64,000 nucleotides of DNA, from the NCBI GenBank assembly GCA_964016885.1, contig OZ024741.1, forward strand, positions 14,756,001 through 14,820,000. Direction: 5' to 3'. The translations under genes and the position numbers were made by a program. The notes beneath the pieces were generated by a model. It searched no databases and was not told the origin of the DNA. It saw only the letters and a program-made list of their open reading frames with translations. This DNA is from Eledone cirrhosa (Eukaryota). Positions 40,570 through 54,693 of this stretch are shown here, in pieces (position 1 is the stretch's first letter; the number at the start of each line of letters is the position of its first letter).

Positions 40570-40625
40570 ATTGCAAAACGTTGTTTTTGAAGTTAGTCCA
40601 CACAAAAATAGACATAGAAACACAC

Positions 40626-40785
<160 letters not shown>

Positions 40786-40999
40786 GTATACAAAGACAAA
40801 AGTACACATATACATATAAACACACACATATATATATACACAAACGTAAAAATGCACATGTTCAGAGACATAAACGTACGTACATGTATATATATACATG
40901 AATACATACATGCATATGTACATTCATGCAAACATACAAACATACTTTTATACACAAATATACAATCATACATGCATATACTCAAACGCAAAGAAACAT

Positions 41000-41091
<92 letters not shown>

Positions 41092-41195
41092 ATTAAATGC
41101 ATATATTTACATATATATGTTTATACCTATATGCATACATATTCATATATATGTGTATATATACATATACATATATATATACATGTATATACATG

Positions 41196-41228
<33 letters not shown>

Positions 41229-41237
41229 TTATTTATT

Positions 41238-41285
<48 letters not shown>

Positions 41286-41372
41286 TATATATACATATAT
41301 ATACATTATATATATATATATATATATATGACGGATGTATGTATCTGTGTGGGGGAGGTGTATATATGTGTG

Positions 41373-41424
<52 letters not shown>

Positions 41425-41815
41425 TGTGTGTATGTGTATTTATATACCCATATCTCTGAATAACAAACAAAATCATTTAACATATAAATTCGTTTGATAA
41501 ATATTTTACAATGGTACACAAGCAAACACACACGTATACACACTACTTTTACACCGACACACAAGCACACACGCACATACATACACACCGACACACACAC
41601 ACATACACATACATACACACCGACACACACAGACACTGAATCACAGTCTCCTGTCTTTCACACCCTCACACATATTCACGAACTCCATATTTCCATTACT
41701 CACACACACATTATATATTTCCTGTGCACAGAATGTGTATACTTACATCATGATGCATATAAGCAGGTATATATTTGAATGTATATGTATAAATACATGT
41801 ACATGTATATATTCG

Positions 41816-41953
<138 letters not shown>

Positions 41954-42026
41954 GTATATATTTGGATGTATATAAATATATATATATATATATATATAGA
42001 CATGCATAAATGCTTTCATGCCTATA

Positions 42027-42075
<49 letters not shown>

Positions 42076-42134
42076 CAAGGCTCTGATACCATCAACACTA
42101 TACACACAGAGCTGGCATATCTGAGAACTGACTA

Positions 42135-42190
42135 ACTGCCTGATGAGGTCATAGCCATTCAATGGCTATCATCGAAATATATATAGCAGT
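42135..42190 (+). ncRNA. Type I hammerhead ribozyme, canonical core
   Basis: ACTGC CTGATGA GGT-C-ATAGCCATT-C-AATGGCTAT-C-ATC GAAA TATATA TA GCAGT, then AATAAA; in a ~165-bp insert between (TA)n tracts. Confidence 0.9.
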
Positions 42191-42231
42191 AAATAAAGGA
42201 TTATGAATTCATGCAATTGACTTATGTTTCG

Positions 42232-42271
<40 letters not shown>

Positions 42272-42326
42272 TAGTAATAGTAATAAATTCTTTGCTGAAA
42301 CTTTAATCTGTTATTTTAGTAAATAT

Positions 42327-42456
<130 letters not shown>

Positions 42457-42484
42457 ATATATATATATATTTGTATATATATAT

Positions 42485-42515
<31 letters not shown>

Positions 42516-42840
42516 AATATATAGGCATGAAAGCATTTATGCATGTCTATATGTAGGTACGTATACAGACGTACACATATATATAAATAAATACACATAC
42601 GTATATATAAACTTTTATAAATATATATATTTAATATATTTACATATATATGTATATATGTGTGTGTGTGTGTGTGCATATATACGCTTGTGTCAATGTA
42701 AGTAGCTTTGAGGAAATGTTTATAACCGTATGCCGATACATTAATATATATATATATATATATATTTATTTATTTATGAAAATAACAGATTAAAGTTTAA
42801 GCAAAGAATCGCTGCTTTCACCCTTAACGGGATCTTCTGA

Positions 42841-42894
<54 letters not shown>

Positions 42895-43159
42895 GGAAAA
42901 AATGAAACGAAATTTCATTTCTCACTCACTCTTAGTACGACTGTTACTTAAATATAAGTATGTACACGTACATACATATATGTATACAGACGTACAGTAG
43001 TATGTATATATCTACATACATGCACACATATATATATGTATGTATGGATTTACCGAACATTTATTATAATGCTCGGTTTGTTTGTAAACAAACATCCCGA
43101 ATTAAGCCGTACCGTGTTTGGCAGCCATCGTTGCCCTTTTGTTCAACACTGACAAAGGA

Positions 43160-43202
43160 ACGATGTACTAGTTTCAAGCTTATTAGCTATCGTCAGCACC
43201 GT
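43160..43202 (-). ncRNA. Type I hammerhead ribozyme, canonical core
   Basis: ACGGTG CTGACGA T-AGC-TAATAA-GCT-T GAAA CTAG TA CATCGT; palindromic stem III ACTAGT. Confidence 0.88.
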
Positions 43203-43551
43203 ATACCTTCCTGCCAGATGATTGAACGTCTGAAAGTATATACTTTCCTTATGCATATTAACGGCTGAGCAGCCTAATTTGCATATCGAGTGAGTTAATC
43301 GGCCGGGCGCACCCAAAACGTTAAATGGAAAAAATGAAACGAAATTTCATTTCTCACTCACTCTTAGTTTTTTTTTTCCATTTATCGTTTTTTTTTCATT
43401 TATTTTTTCCATTTATCGTTTACGGTGCGCCCGGCCGATTAACTCACTCGATAAGCAAATTAGGCTGCTCAGCCGTTAATATGCATAAGGAAAGTATATA
43501 CTTTCAGACGTTCAATCTTCTGGCAGGAAGGTATACAGTGCTGACGATAGC
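43186..43551. repeat. Fold-back with ~130-bp arms, ending inside HHR stem II
   Basis: 43186-43313 and 43424-43551 are reverse complements; the spacer repeats 42891-42937. Confidence 0.9.
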
Positions 43552-43746
43552 ATGATTTGGCAAGCTATTTAGAACACTGGTTTAACCGCTTTACTTCCCT
43601 CCGAAGAAGAGATATTATCTCGAAAATTAAGGACACTTAAATAAATCTAAGGTAAAAGACTAATTGTCAACAATATCTTTTGCATTTGCATTCTTTATTC
43701 TATGTCCATACCTGCATTGTTTTGGCTTTATTATACTTATACAAAC

Positions 43747-43834
<88 letters not shown>

Positions 43835-44006
43835 ACATATATATATATATATGTACATATATATATATAAACATATACATATATATATATATATATAAAT
43901 ATATATATTTACGGTAAACATTAATGCAAATTATTATTTTTGCGAACTCTATGTACATTTCAGTCGCCAGGGATTGCCTCGGGAACGTAACCTTATTATA
44001 TAAGAA

Positions 44007-44081
44007 GCTGTCTGATGATGTCACGGCACTGGGTACACGGATTCGTGTGGCCACTGTCGTCATTGAAATATGTATCACAGC
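44007..44081 (+). ncRNA. Type I hammerhead ribozyme, canonical core
   Basis: GCTGT CTGATGA TGTC-ACGGCA...TGTCGT-CATT GAAA TATGTA TC ACAGC; AATAAA at 44088. Confidence 0.88.
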
Positions 44082-44126
44082 ATTATCAATAAAGGACTAA
44101 CATCTGAAACTACTTCGCCTTTTCTC

Positions 44127-44181
<55 letters not shown>

Positions 44182-44313
44182 GTGAGGTTTTTTTTTACAA
44201 AATGAAAAATAACCGAGGTGTCCTACACGAGTGAAAGTATAAAGAAAAAGAGATGAAATCGAAAATGCAACTGGAGTCTTACTTTTAAAACAAATATATA
44301 TATTTATTTGGTT

Positions 44314-44351
44314 CCTTTACCGGTTTCGCAGTTCTTCTGCTTTTCAAAAGG
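44314..44351 (-). ncRNA. Variant-core (UUGAAAA) minimal hammerhead
   Basis: CCTT TTGAAAA GCAG-AAGAA-CTGC GAAA CCGG TA AAGG. Confidence 0.6.
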
Positions 44352-44994
44352 TGAGTTGAGATGGAGGGTCTGTGGTTTTTCTCACAAATATAAATTTTCT
44401 ATACAAATATAAATTAGCGAGAATCGTACTTCAGCTCAGGAATTAAAGAAAATCAACTTCCGAGATGTGTGGCAAGCGCTCGATGATTCATATGAATCAG
44501 AGCTACAACATACGTTAAGGGCCAAACACACTGAGATGGTGGTTAAACAAATCATCCGCACAGCCGAAAAAAAACGACCACGTAATTCAGGTCAAACAAT
44601 AAAAATATATGTGATTGAAAATTTACCCGGACCCCTGGATGGTTGGTAAAATCCAGTATTTGGGTTTCTGCGACTCCATAAATCAGGTACTGTCCGCCTA
44701 CATAAAGAATGTTAGGCTTCTGGTAAGAGGATTGAACAAGGGAGCCGTGTTATCAACGGGTTTTTGCTCAAAATGCTATACAGAAGTGTGACTATTACTA
44801 ACCCCACGTGGAGTTCAGCAAGGGAGGCAACACTTATATTAGGCGAATGAATTCAGTTGTGTATAATATTGCGAGAATGCAAAATATCACAAATCGAATA
44901 AAGCTCTCGACAGAATGGTTAAATATAACAAAGCTATTCATCAATCAATAGAAGCAACTAAAAAAAATCAATATATATATATATATATATATAT

Positions 44995-45752
44995 TTCGTT
45001 TCTGAATTTGTTTAGCAAGATTCTTTATCTGAAAACGTGTGTTGAAACCGATATTGTTATACTTTGGGAGGATCATGTTGCTAATAAGAACCACACGCAC
45101 CAGTTGCTTTCACTTCAATTTATTATAATAAATTTATAAATTTAGGAATTTATAAATTTCCGGTTGGTTGGTTGGTTCCACAACCAGATGGTTGTTTATA
45201 TATTGTCCAAAGTTCTTTCGCCACACACCCTGTGACCCCTTCAGTGACTGGGGATTCTTTTCTTTGTTTTTGTGCCTCTCCTTTGTTCTGTCCTACGCCA
45301 TCTTGTTTTTGTGTGTGTTGTGTGCTTAGTTTGCGCATGTGTTACATCCGGGTGTCTGTGTGTGTTTATATTTGTTTATTTATTTGTTTATTTACATGTT
45401 ACTGGTTGTTCTATGTGCGTGTGTTTTTTCATTTTGTCCTTAATTGTAAGTTGTGATGTTGCTGTACCATTCATGTTTTCTATTTAATTTTGGTTGGAGT
45501 TCATTTATGTTTATTGCCTCTGTGATTTGTCTAAACATTGCGTCTTTTCTGTGTGTAGATTCTATTTTTATTTCTATGTTCTCTAATTTACCCTTATGTT
45601 GTATTAGAACATATGTTCTATTAGATCCAACCAACCAACCGGAAATTTATAAATTCCTAAATTTATAAATTTATTATAATAAATTGAAGTGAAAGCAACT
45701 GGTGCGTGTGGTGTTGCTTATTGGCAACATGACCCTCCCAAAGTATAACAAT
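44995..45752 (-). mobile_element. PLE 3' fragment: GIY-YIG C-terminus, 3' UTR, HHR (45205-45249, core CUGAAGG) and inverted terminal repeat
   Basis: RQITEAININELQPKLNRKHEW at 45440-45600; arms 45052-45180 / 45627-45752; (TA)n flanks. Confidence 0.85.
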
Positions 45753-45770
45753 ATATATATATATATATAT

Positions 45771-45878
<108 letters not shown>

Positions 45879-45955
45879 GTATAAATGTATATTACACACA
45901 CACACGCACATATATATATATATATGTATAAATGTATATATATATATATATGTGC

Positions 45956-45988
<33 letters not shown>

Positions 45989-46084
45989 ATGGATATATAT
46001 GTATGTATGTATATAAGTGTAACCAAAAAGCCGGTACCATGCGTAGAAATATACAAAGGGCAATCTATGACAAATAAAACATAG

Positions 46085-46435
46085 TAGTGTTATATACAGT
46101 ATATTATTTCAACATGATATTTCAGCGCTATTATTCTCTTTTGAAATGTGAAACGGAAATAGTTTAAAACGAAAGAGAACGATCTACGTGGGAAATTTTA
46201 GAATCAAAGAAGCCATTCTCATTAACAAGAAAAAGTCACAGATAAACAATAAATTAGAAAAATGCACGAAGCAGATTGGCTTCTGCGATGGTTCCACGCA
46301 TGCGTATTTCAGACACGCAGACCAGTTAGGGATGATCACATCGATCGATCGTTTTTGTTTTGAACAGTTTCCGTTTCACATTTGAAAAGAGGGAATTAGC
46401 CCTGAAATATGTTGAAATATATTGGATAAAATACT
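46085..46435 (+). mobile_element. PLE fragment with GIY-YIG C-terminal relic and diverged inverted arms
   Basis: RIKEAILINKKKSQINNKLE; 46105-46184 is roughly the reverse complement of 46347-46420. Confidence 0.65.
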
Positions 46436-46638
46436 GCTTTGTTTCGTCTTATTTGTTATCCTTTGCCCTTTATATATTTTAATCACATTATGTCACATTG
46501 CTTCGTATTAACTATAAGGAGTTGCTTCTCAATCATTAGATCCCTGCTCAACTGTCATAAGTTTACTCATGCCTTGTGAGGGATATTCCCTCATCCGAAC
46601 TGACAACATTCTTTTGTTATATAACTATTATGCAATAT

Positions 46639-46696
46639 ACACCTGATGATGTCACCAGGTTCCTACGTAACCTGGCCACTGAAATGTACATAGTGT
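46639..46696 (+). ncRNA. Type I hammerhead ribozyme, canonical core
   Basis: ACAC CTGATGA TGTCA-CCAGGTT..AACCTGG-CCACT GAAA TGTACA TA GTGT, then AATAAA; half-copy on the minus strand at 43935-43972. Confidence 0.88.
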
Positions 46697-46824
46697 TCAC
46701 AGAAATAAAAATTTGAAGGAATTTCATCTCTCCGGCCTGCTACCATTTTACTCTATAATTATATATATAATACTTTTACTGGTTTCGTTCCTTTGACTGG
46801 GGCCACCCACATGTATATATATAC

Positions 46825-46901
<77 letters not shown>

Positions 46902-47003
46902 TATATAAGCAAAAGGGATACTCAATTTGTTGGTAATTCAACAAATATAAATGTTTATAACTAATTCAGAGCACTCAACAAATTTTCCGGAGTATAATAT
47001 TCA

Positions 47004-47283
47004 ATGATATTAAATAAATAGAAACTATATTTATGAAACCATATTCATTCTATTATATATATTTCAAGGGTACCAAAACTTTGGTACGCACTCATGAGAT
47101 AAAATATCCTATCCAGGAAAAACTTGAACCGTTAAGGTATTTTTTCTTGGTTATGTCAATATTTATAAAACAAACTTTGTATTTTATCTGATGAGAGCGT
47201 ACCAAAGTTTTGGTACCCTTGAAATATATAAAATAGAAGAAATATGGTTTTATAAATATAGTTTCCATTTATTTAATATCATT
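47004..47283. mobile_element. Fold-back mini-element with an HHR in each arm (47050-47104 minus; 47182-47236 plus)
   Basis: Minus copy has core CTCATGA; plus copy has CTGATGA but the UH site is changed to AA. Confidence 0.8.
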
Positions 47284-47307
47284 ATATATATATATATATA
47301 TATATAT

Positions 47308-47836
47308 GAACTGCCAATACAGAGGAACAAGGCAACAACACACACACAGTAACACACACAGTAACATCCACCAAACAGGCAGAGAATGGACTGACAGCTA
47401 GCGCCACCCACTCCCACGATTGAAAGAACTACTTCGGCCGCTGACCTCTGCCTGACCGACCCCATTTCACGCGCACGCGCGCTCTGCTGAATACCTCAGA
47501 TATTCAAAACAACTAACAGCGGAGGACACGTTTCGCACCTTTCCGACAGACAACCTTACCCCCCCCCCCCCGGAAAAAACTCCCAGTTGATGGATGTGAA
47601 TCCGAAATATATAGGGACAATTAAATCTCTCCCAAGCTAACTCTTTCTCGTGTTGTTATTTTTATTGTTATCCTTTACGCTCTTTGCTTCATTCCTCTAC
47701 ACGTTACAGTCTTATACACGCCACGCTTCTCAACGTACACCCACTCACATCTCTCTCTCCACCACCTGATCTTGTAACCCGGAGATTTACCCATCTGCAT
47801 TGTCGAGGCTTCCAAACGACTTAAAGAAATTTACCA
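47308..47836 (+). mobile_element. (TA)n-flanked insert related to the 25477-25974 palindrome; variant HHR at 47581-47617
   Basis: Shared TCCC.GTTG.TGG..GTGA..CCGAAATAT..GGGA..TTAAATCTC and GAGATTT..CC.TCTGCATTGT.G.GGCTT. Confidence 0.65.
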
Positions 47837-48296
47837 TATATATATATATATATATATATATACTGGCATTCTCAAATGGTTACTAAGGTAGCTGCGACAA
47901 TCTCAGCTTCAAATTCCCAGAAAGACACGTATGTTATATACACTCTAGCCACTAAAACACATTCTACCTAAGCCGATACACGAAAATATAGGAAGACACA
48001 TAAATCACTATACCGTTTCAAAATTAAATTATGTTGACCTTCATAGTTTTTTCTTTAGAATAACATTTTTAATCTTTAATTTTTTATTTCAGATTTTGAA
48101 AATATTTTATTTGGAAATTTCGTAGAAAGAAATTCACGACGGAAGAAATCTTACAAAATATTACAAATATGTATGGTGTGGTATTGTCCCGTAAGTCTTG
48201 ATTGAGTCGTAGGGGTCGTATTGACATACGGCGTTTTGGGGGACATTTTTGAGCCTGGCGTTTTGGAGGGCATTTTTCCTCCTCTAGAAGCCATTA

Positions 48297-48346
<50 letters not shown>

Positions 48347-48430
48347 AAAAGGTAAACAGAAATAACAACACAATCGGTACAGTATATGGAAGGGATATAT
48401 GAGGTTAACGCTTGATATAGCAGGAAGAGG

Positions 48431-48465
48431 GTCTTAACGTTTCGGACGCTAGTCCTTCATAGGTT
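48431..48465 (-). ncRNA. Degenerate hammerhead remnant
   Basis: CT-ATGA A-GGAC-TAGC-GTCC GAAAC GTT AAGAC; core G deleted and stem I lost. Confidence 0.45.
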
Positions 48466-48469
48466 TATC

Positions 48470-48579
<110 letters not shown>

Positions 48580-49152
48580 GAAAGATAAAGAAATAAAGAG
48601 ATAGGGAGAGAGTGAGTCTGCGGTGCAGAGGCCGGGGAAACCATTAATCCTGGGAGTAGTCAATACATGGGACGATGCAGAATGGGTAAAATCCTGACCG
48701 TGGTCCCAAAACCGTATGGAGTCGCAGTCTGGATTTTACATATCTCTCTCTCTCTCCCCCTCTCACTCTCTCTCTCTCTCTCTCCCTCCCTCTCTCCCTC
48801 TCTTTCTACATATATATATTTAAAAGGAAACAAAAAAGTCGTTTAAAGTAAGAGACTTCTGTTGAGTTAGGCCACGAAGTAAGTTATGCAAATTTGACGG
48901 GATGAATCACTTTCTAGTTTGTGTTTCACATAGATAGTGGCTGCTGTGAATTATTTTCGTAATCGTTATAATAAGGGTTTGCATATTCTGATAAACAGCC
49001 AATAACATGTGAAACATGTAAAAGGTTTTGTTTCTTGGGTGTTTTTTTTCTGTTTATAAATAGAATAAACAAAATGTGATTCCGTTTGTTGTTGTCACAG
49101 AGTGGCTTTTAGAATGTAATGATAGCTAGATCATATTTAGCTTAGATTTACA

Positions 49153-49232
<80 letters not shown>

Positions 49233-49248
49233 TACACACACACACGCG

Positions 49249-49297
<49 letters not shown>

Positions 49298-49427
49298 GCA
49301 CACACACACACAGTATAATTATTTACATAAATACATACATATACATATATATGTATGTAAAAGGTAAACAGAAATAACAACATATATATATATATAATTA
49401 TACACACACACACACACACACACATAT

Positions 49428-49521
<94 letters not shown>

Positions 49522-49669
49522 GTATACTTTTTCGAATGTTTATTTAATCTATCAATTAATTCTTTCCCAAACAATTTTTTATTTGCTTTCATCGTTTTTT
49601 CATTTTATTTTATTTCATTTTTATGTTCATCTCTGATACATGTTTTTCATCGTTCACAAATATATACTC

Positions 49670-50075
49670 CTCTCTTTCTCTCTTTCTTTCTCTCTCCCTC
49701 TCCGCCTCTCCTCCTCCCTCTCGCCCTCTCTCTCTCTCTTTCAATCGTCTTTCTGTATATCACCCTCTCCTTCTCTCTATAATTCTCTCTCTTTCTTTCC
49801 ACCCCTTTCTCCTCTTTCTCTCTTTCAATCTCCGTCTTTCTGTGAATCTCTCACCCTCTCCCTTTCGCTCTCTGTCTCTCTCACCCCCCTTCTCTCTCAT
49901 TCAATCATCTTTCTGTGAATCTCCATCTCTCACCTTCTCCGTTTCTCTCTCCTCTCCCCCTCTCTCTCACACACACACTCTCTCTCTACCCTCTCTCAAC
50001 TTCTCCATCTCTCTCCGCCTCTTTTACACACACACACACTCTCTCCCCCTCACACACACACACTCTCTCTCCCTA
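49670..50075. repeat. Degenerate (TC)n polypyrimidine tract
   Basis: Direct reading. Confidence 0.9.
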
Positions 50076-50201
50076 TTTTTCTGTTCCATTTGTTAATTTC
50101 CCATCTCCCCTAGGCAGGTTGGCTGCTCATACGCATATTTACGTTCACGCTTGCGTGGATACGTCTGTGCCACTTTCACAGGGGTGGGGCACTGTGTGTG
50201 T

Positions 50202-50244
<43 letters not shown>

Positions 50245-50693
50245 TGTCTGTGAGTGTCTGTGTGTGTATGTGTGTGTGTATGAGTGCGTTATAGAAGGGG
50301 GGCTAACGATGGGCCCCAGTGTGTGTGTGTATGTATGTGTGTGTATATGCGTGTGTATGAGTGTGTGTGTATGTATGTATGCGTGTATGTGTGTATGTGT
50401 GTGCGTGTGTGTGTATGAGTGTATGTGTGTGTGTGTATGAGTGTATGTGTGTGAGTGTATGTGTGTGTGTATGTGTGTGTGTGTATGTGTGTGTGTGTGT
50501 TATAGAGGGAGGGGTAAAGAGGGTTTAAGAGGAGAGGGAGTGGTAGTGAGGCGGGCACTCGGAAGGACAGGAAGGAAGGTGGCTCCCTCTTTACACACAC
50601 GAGTGTAACTTAATGTGTTCTCACGTTGATTGTCTTGCTTAGAGGATAACATCCCGTAACGTATGGATAGATAAATAGATAGATAGATAGATA

Positions 50694-51727
50694 CATTTCT
50701 TTATTAGCCACAAGGGCACACAAGAAAAGGGGATTTTACATACAGTCGTGTAAAAATATCGAAACAAACAATTATAACAATCGAAATCCCCAATAGGGGG
50801 AAAGCACCACAAATGGGTTGTTTAATACCCCGTCGATAGAACAACCCTCAACTCCAGGAGCGTGTTGTGCAAGTGCTCATTTCTTCCTTTTGCTCTCTTC
50901 TTCAACCTACAGGCTTATAAACAGAGAAGGCTCAATGACTCGGGCCATTTTCACTTCATTCACCCACCTTTCAGTAAATTTACTGGGGTGCAGTGCCTCT
51001 CTCTCCACTCTGATTCTCCTTCTAAAGTGGTACCTTAAGAAGGGAATGAGTTGTTGTCCGGAGAGAAAGGCATCTGTCCTCAGTCCTCTCAATCTCGTCC
51101 ACCATATAACCTCTTTCACTATAGCCACTGTACAGAGGAAAACCCCCTCTCTTTCGTTTTTAAAAGAGGCTGGCAGTTTGATCCTTACTATGGACTCGGC
51201 AGTCAACTGGATTTGTCCCATACGCGACAGCAGTTGTTCTCCATAGTTCCACAGGTCGCTTACGCCCGGGCAGTGTACAATTGCGTGCAAGACGGTTTCA
51301 ATGTCCTGCTCGCATCTTGGACACGTCCTCTTGGAAGGATCCCCGCCGGGGTGTCCGTGCCTGTAGATCTTGTCTTGAACTGGTAGAGCTCCTCGTTAGC
51401 ACTGCCACGCCAGGGATCTCTGGAAGTTGTCCATGGGTCCCGATCGGAAAGTCCTACCAAACAGACTGGTGAGATCGTCGTCTTCGACGTCCAGAGTCTC
51501 CCCGAGCCCGTCGTCGCACTTGTAAAGTACTAACCCTCTACAGAATGTCGAAGTAGAGACTCCACTGATTGCTGTTTCCGCTTGACAGAGGTGTGTGAAC
51601 GCCTGGGCACATTCAATGTGCCAGGCGCCCATCTTCTTCGGTCTTCGCTTCACCCAGGGCTGCAACTCCGTCAGCGAGACAAGTTGTGGGAAGGCCTGTC
51701 TCACAAATGGTGCCCACACTTGGTTCC
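50694..51727 (-). mobile_element. Tx1/L1-clade LINE, copy A (3' ~1 kb, disrupted)
   Basis: ORF2 C-terminus highly similar to copy B; AATAAA then (TATC)n tail. Confidence 0.92.
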
Positions 51728-51748
51728 AATATACATAGATAGGTAGAC

Positions 51749-51779
<31 letters not shown>

Positions 51780-51897
51780 TAGATGGATAGATAGAGAGAC
51801 AGACAGATAGATAGGTAGATGGATAGATAGAGAGACAGACAGATAGATAGGTAGATAGATAGATAGATAGAGAGAGATAGATAGATAGATAGATAGA

Positions 51898-54543
51898 TTT
51901 CTTTATTAGCCACAAGGGCGCAACAAGAAAGGGGACAATACAAAGACATGCCGGGGATTTTACATACAGTCGTGTAAAAAATATAAAAACAAACAATTTC
52001 AACAATCGAAATCCCCAATAGGGGGGAGGCGCCACAAATGGGTTGTTTAATACCCCGTCGATAGAACAACCCTCAACTCGAGGAGCGTGTTGTGCAAGTG
52101 CTCCTTTCTTCCTTTTGTTCTCTTCCTCAACCTACAGGCTTATAAACAGAGAAGGCCCAATCACTCGGGCCATTTTCGCTTCATTCACCCACCTTTCAGT
52201 AAATTTACTGGGGTGCAGTGCCTCTCTCTCCACCCTGATTCTCCTTCTAAAGTGATACTTAAAGAAAGGAATCAATTGTTGTCCGGAGAGAAAGGCATCT
52301 GTCCTCAGTCCTCTCAACCTCGTCCACCATATAACTTCTTTCACCATAGCCACCGTACAGAGGAAAACCGCCCCTCTTTCGTTTTTGAAAGAGTCTGGCG
52401 GTTTGATCCTTACTATGGACTCGGCAGTCAACTGTATTTGTCCCATACGCGACAGCAGTTGTTCTGCATAGTTCCACAGGTCGCTTACGCCCGGGCAGTG
52501 TACAATTGCGTGCAGAACTGTTTCAATGTCCTGCGCACATCTTGGACACGTCCTCTTGGAAGGATCCCTGCCAGGGCGTCCGTGCCTATAGATCTTGTCA
52601 CGAACCGGTAGAGCTCCTCGGTAGCACTGCCAGGCCAGGGACCTCTGGAAGTTGTCCATAGGTCCCGGGCGGAAAGTCCTACCAAACAGACTGGTGAGCT
52701 CATCGTCTTCGACGCCCAGAGTCTCTCCGAGCACGTCGTCGCCCTTGTAACGTACAATCCCTCTATAGAATGTCGAAGTGGAGTCTCCACTGATTGCTGC
52801 GCCCGCTTGCCAGAGGACTGTGAGCGCCTGAGCGCATTCAATGTGCCAGGCGCCCATCGTTTTCGGTCTTTTCTTCACCCAGGACTGCAGCTCCGTTAGC
52901 GAGACGAGCTGTGGGAAAGCCTGTCTCACAAACGGTGCCCACACCGGTTGGGGGTCGGTGAGGAATACCTGGAGATGCCGCAGCCTCAGCGCATGTTTGC
53001 GCATCATCAGCCACGGCATTCCCAGCCCTCCGTTGGAAGGGTGCTGACAGCAGGCGGATCTCCTCACCAGCGGAGCCTGCTTCTTCCACAGAAACTGGAA
53101 GAGCATGCATTCCATCTTGACGAGGTGTTCACGGGGACAAGGCACGACAGTCAAGCGGTAGTAGATGACGGACGCTATGAAAGTGTTCGTCACCTCCGCT
53201 CGACCTTTCAAGGACAGTTTGCACTCTGCCCACTTCTGAGTGAGTGCAAACACCTTGGCCGTGACCTCGTTCCAGTTTTTCTCCACCTGGAGGTCTGGAC
53301 CGAACCAGACCCCGAGCAATTTCACCGGTCCGTCCGTCCAGCGTCCAACGACGCTGTCGGATGTCATCGGTTTGCCTCTCCACGTACCGAGTTGCAAACC
53401 GACAGACTTGTCTGGGTTTAGTTTTGCTCCCGTCAGCGTTTCGTATTCTTTCAGTATGTTGCCGATCACCCCGATTTCCGAGGTGCTCGACACCATTACT
53501 GTCACGTCGTCGGCATAAGCCGACGCCGCTTTGCGCAGTCCCGGTTCTAGGGGGATGCCCTGCAACAGCTCCAATTTCCGCAGTAGTGGCTCTAGAGTCA
53601 ATACATACAGAATGGAGGAGAGAGGGCATCCCTGTCGAATGGAACGCGTGATTGCGAACGGCTCCGATAGGTAGCCGTTCACCTTGACCCTCGAGCAGAT
53701 GCTGGTGTGCATCGCCTCGATCCATCCTCTGAACACGGGACCGAAACCGGCCGCCTTGAGAACCGCTTCCAAGTATCGATGGTCGACCCTATCGAATGCC
53801 TTAGACTGATCCAAGTTGATCAGAGCCCCACCGAAGCCGGGTTTACTACCCACCCTCTCTATGATGTATCGCATGAGGTGGAGGTTGTCGTGTATGGACC
53901 TGGTCGGGATTGCACACGTTTGCGCTTTCCCTACCAGGTTCTCGACGACAAGCGCCAACCTCGTCGCTAGCACCTTGGCCAAAATCTTTAATTCTGTGTT
54001 GAGCAGAGTTATGGGCCTGAAGTTGTTAATTTCGTCCCCCTTGTTCTGGTCTTTCCTGATCAGCGTTACTACGCCCTTGCCCGCAGAACTGGGAATTCTC
54101 CCGTTCTGCTGCTAATTGCAGTAGACGGCTTCGAGGACGCCAGAGAACAAGTCCGGCATGCCTATGTAAAATTCGTAGGGTAGACCATCTAGACCGGGTG
54201 ACTTGCGTTTCCCGCAGCGGCCCAGAGCGTCCCGTATCTCAGTGTCCGTGATCGGTCTTTCGCAGAACTCGGCGTCCGTGTTCGAGAGACGCGGCAGGCC
54301 GTCGAGGTATGAACTAAAGTCCATTGCCCCGTTCGGCTCACCGTCGTTCTGCTCAAACAGTCGCGCAAAGTGCCGCTGAAAGGCCGCGCACATTTGCTTG
54401 GGGTCAAGTAGCACGCGTCCGTTTTGGTCTTTCAAAGACCGAATCGTGGACTTGTTGCCACTTTTTGCCTCCACCACTCGGGCCCAGCTGACAGCTTTCG
54501 CTCCTTCGTTTCCTAGAGCACGTGTTTTGCTTCTGACCACGCA
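51898..54543 (-). mobile_element. Tx1/L1-clade LINE, copy B (5'-truncated, 2.6 kb)
   Basis: RT and zinc-knuckle region; both ends abut (GATA)n. Confidence 0.95.
52132..54540 (-). pseudogene. Non-LTR RT ORF2 lacking the endonuclease; one nonsense codon at 54112-54114
   Basis: KSPGLDGLPYEFY, NFRPITLLN, LDQSKAFDRVDH, SIRQGCPLS, AYADD, KLLGV, GGLG, CPRC..ETVLHAIVHC. Confidence 0.92.
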
Positions 54544-54562
54544 GATAGATAGATAGATATGT

Positions 54563-54594
<32 letters not shown>

Positions 54595-54693
54595 GTAGAT
54601 AGGTAGATAGGTAGATAGATAGATAGATAGATAGGTAGATAGGTAGATAGGTAGATAGATAGAGAGACAGACAGTTAGATAGGTAGATAGATA

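Noticed and set aside
42795-42842. CAGAAGA-stem-GAAA hammerhead on the minus strand
   Set aside because: No UH cleavage site and no stem I pairing.
47395-47415. CTCF-like GGGTGGCGCTA
   Set aside because: The 5' half of the motif mismatches and it lies within a repeat insert.
52132-53982. Intact functional RT gene
   Set aside because: 5'-truncated, no endonuclease or ORF1, upstream nonsense codon, TTG pseudo-start.
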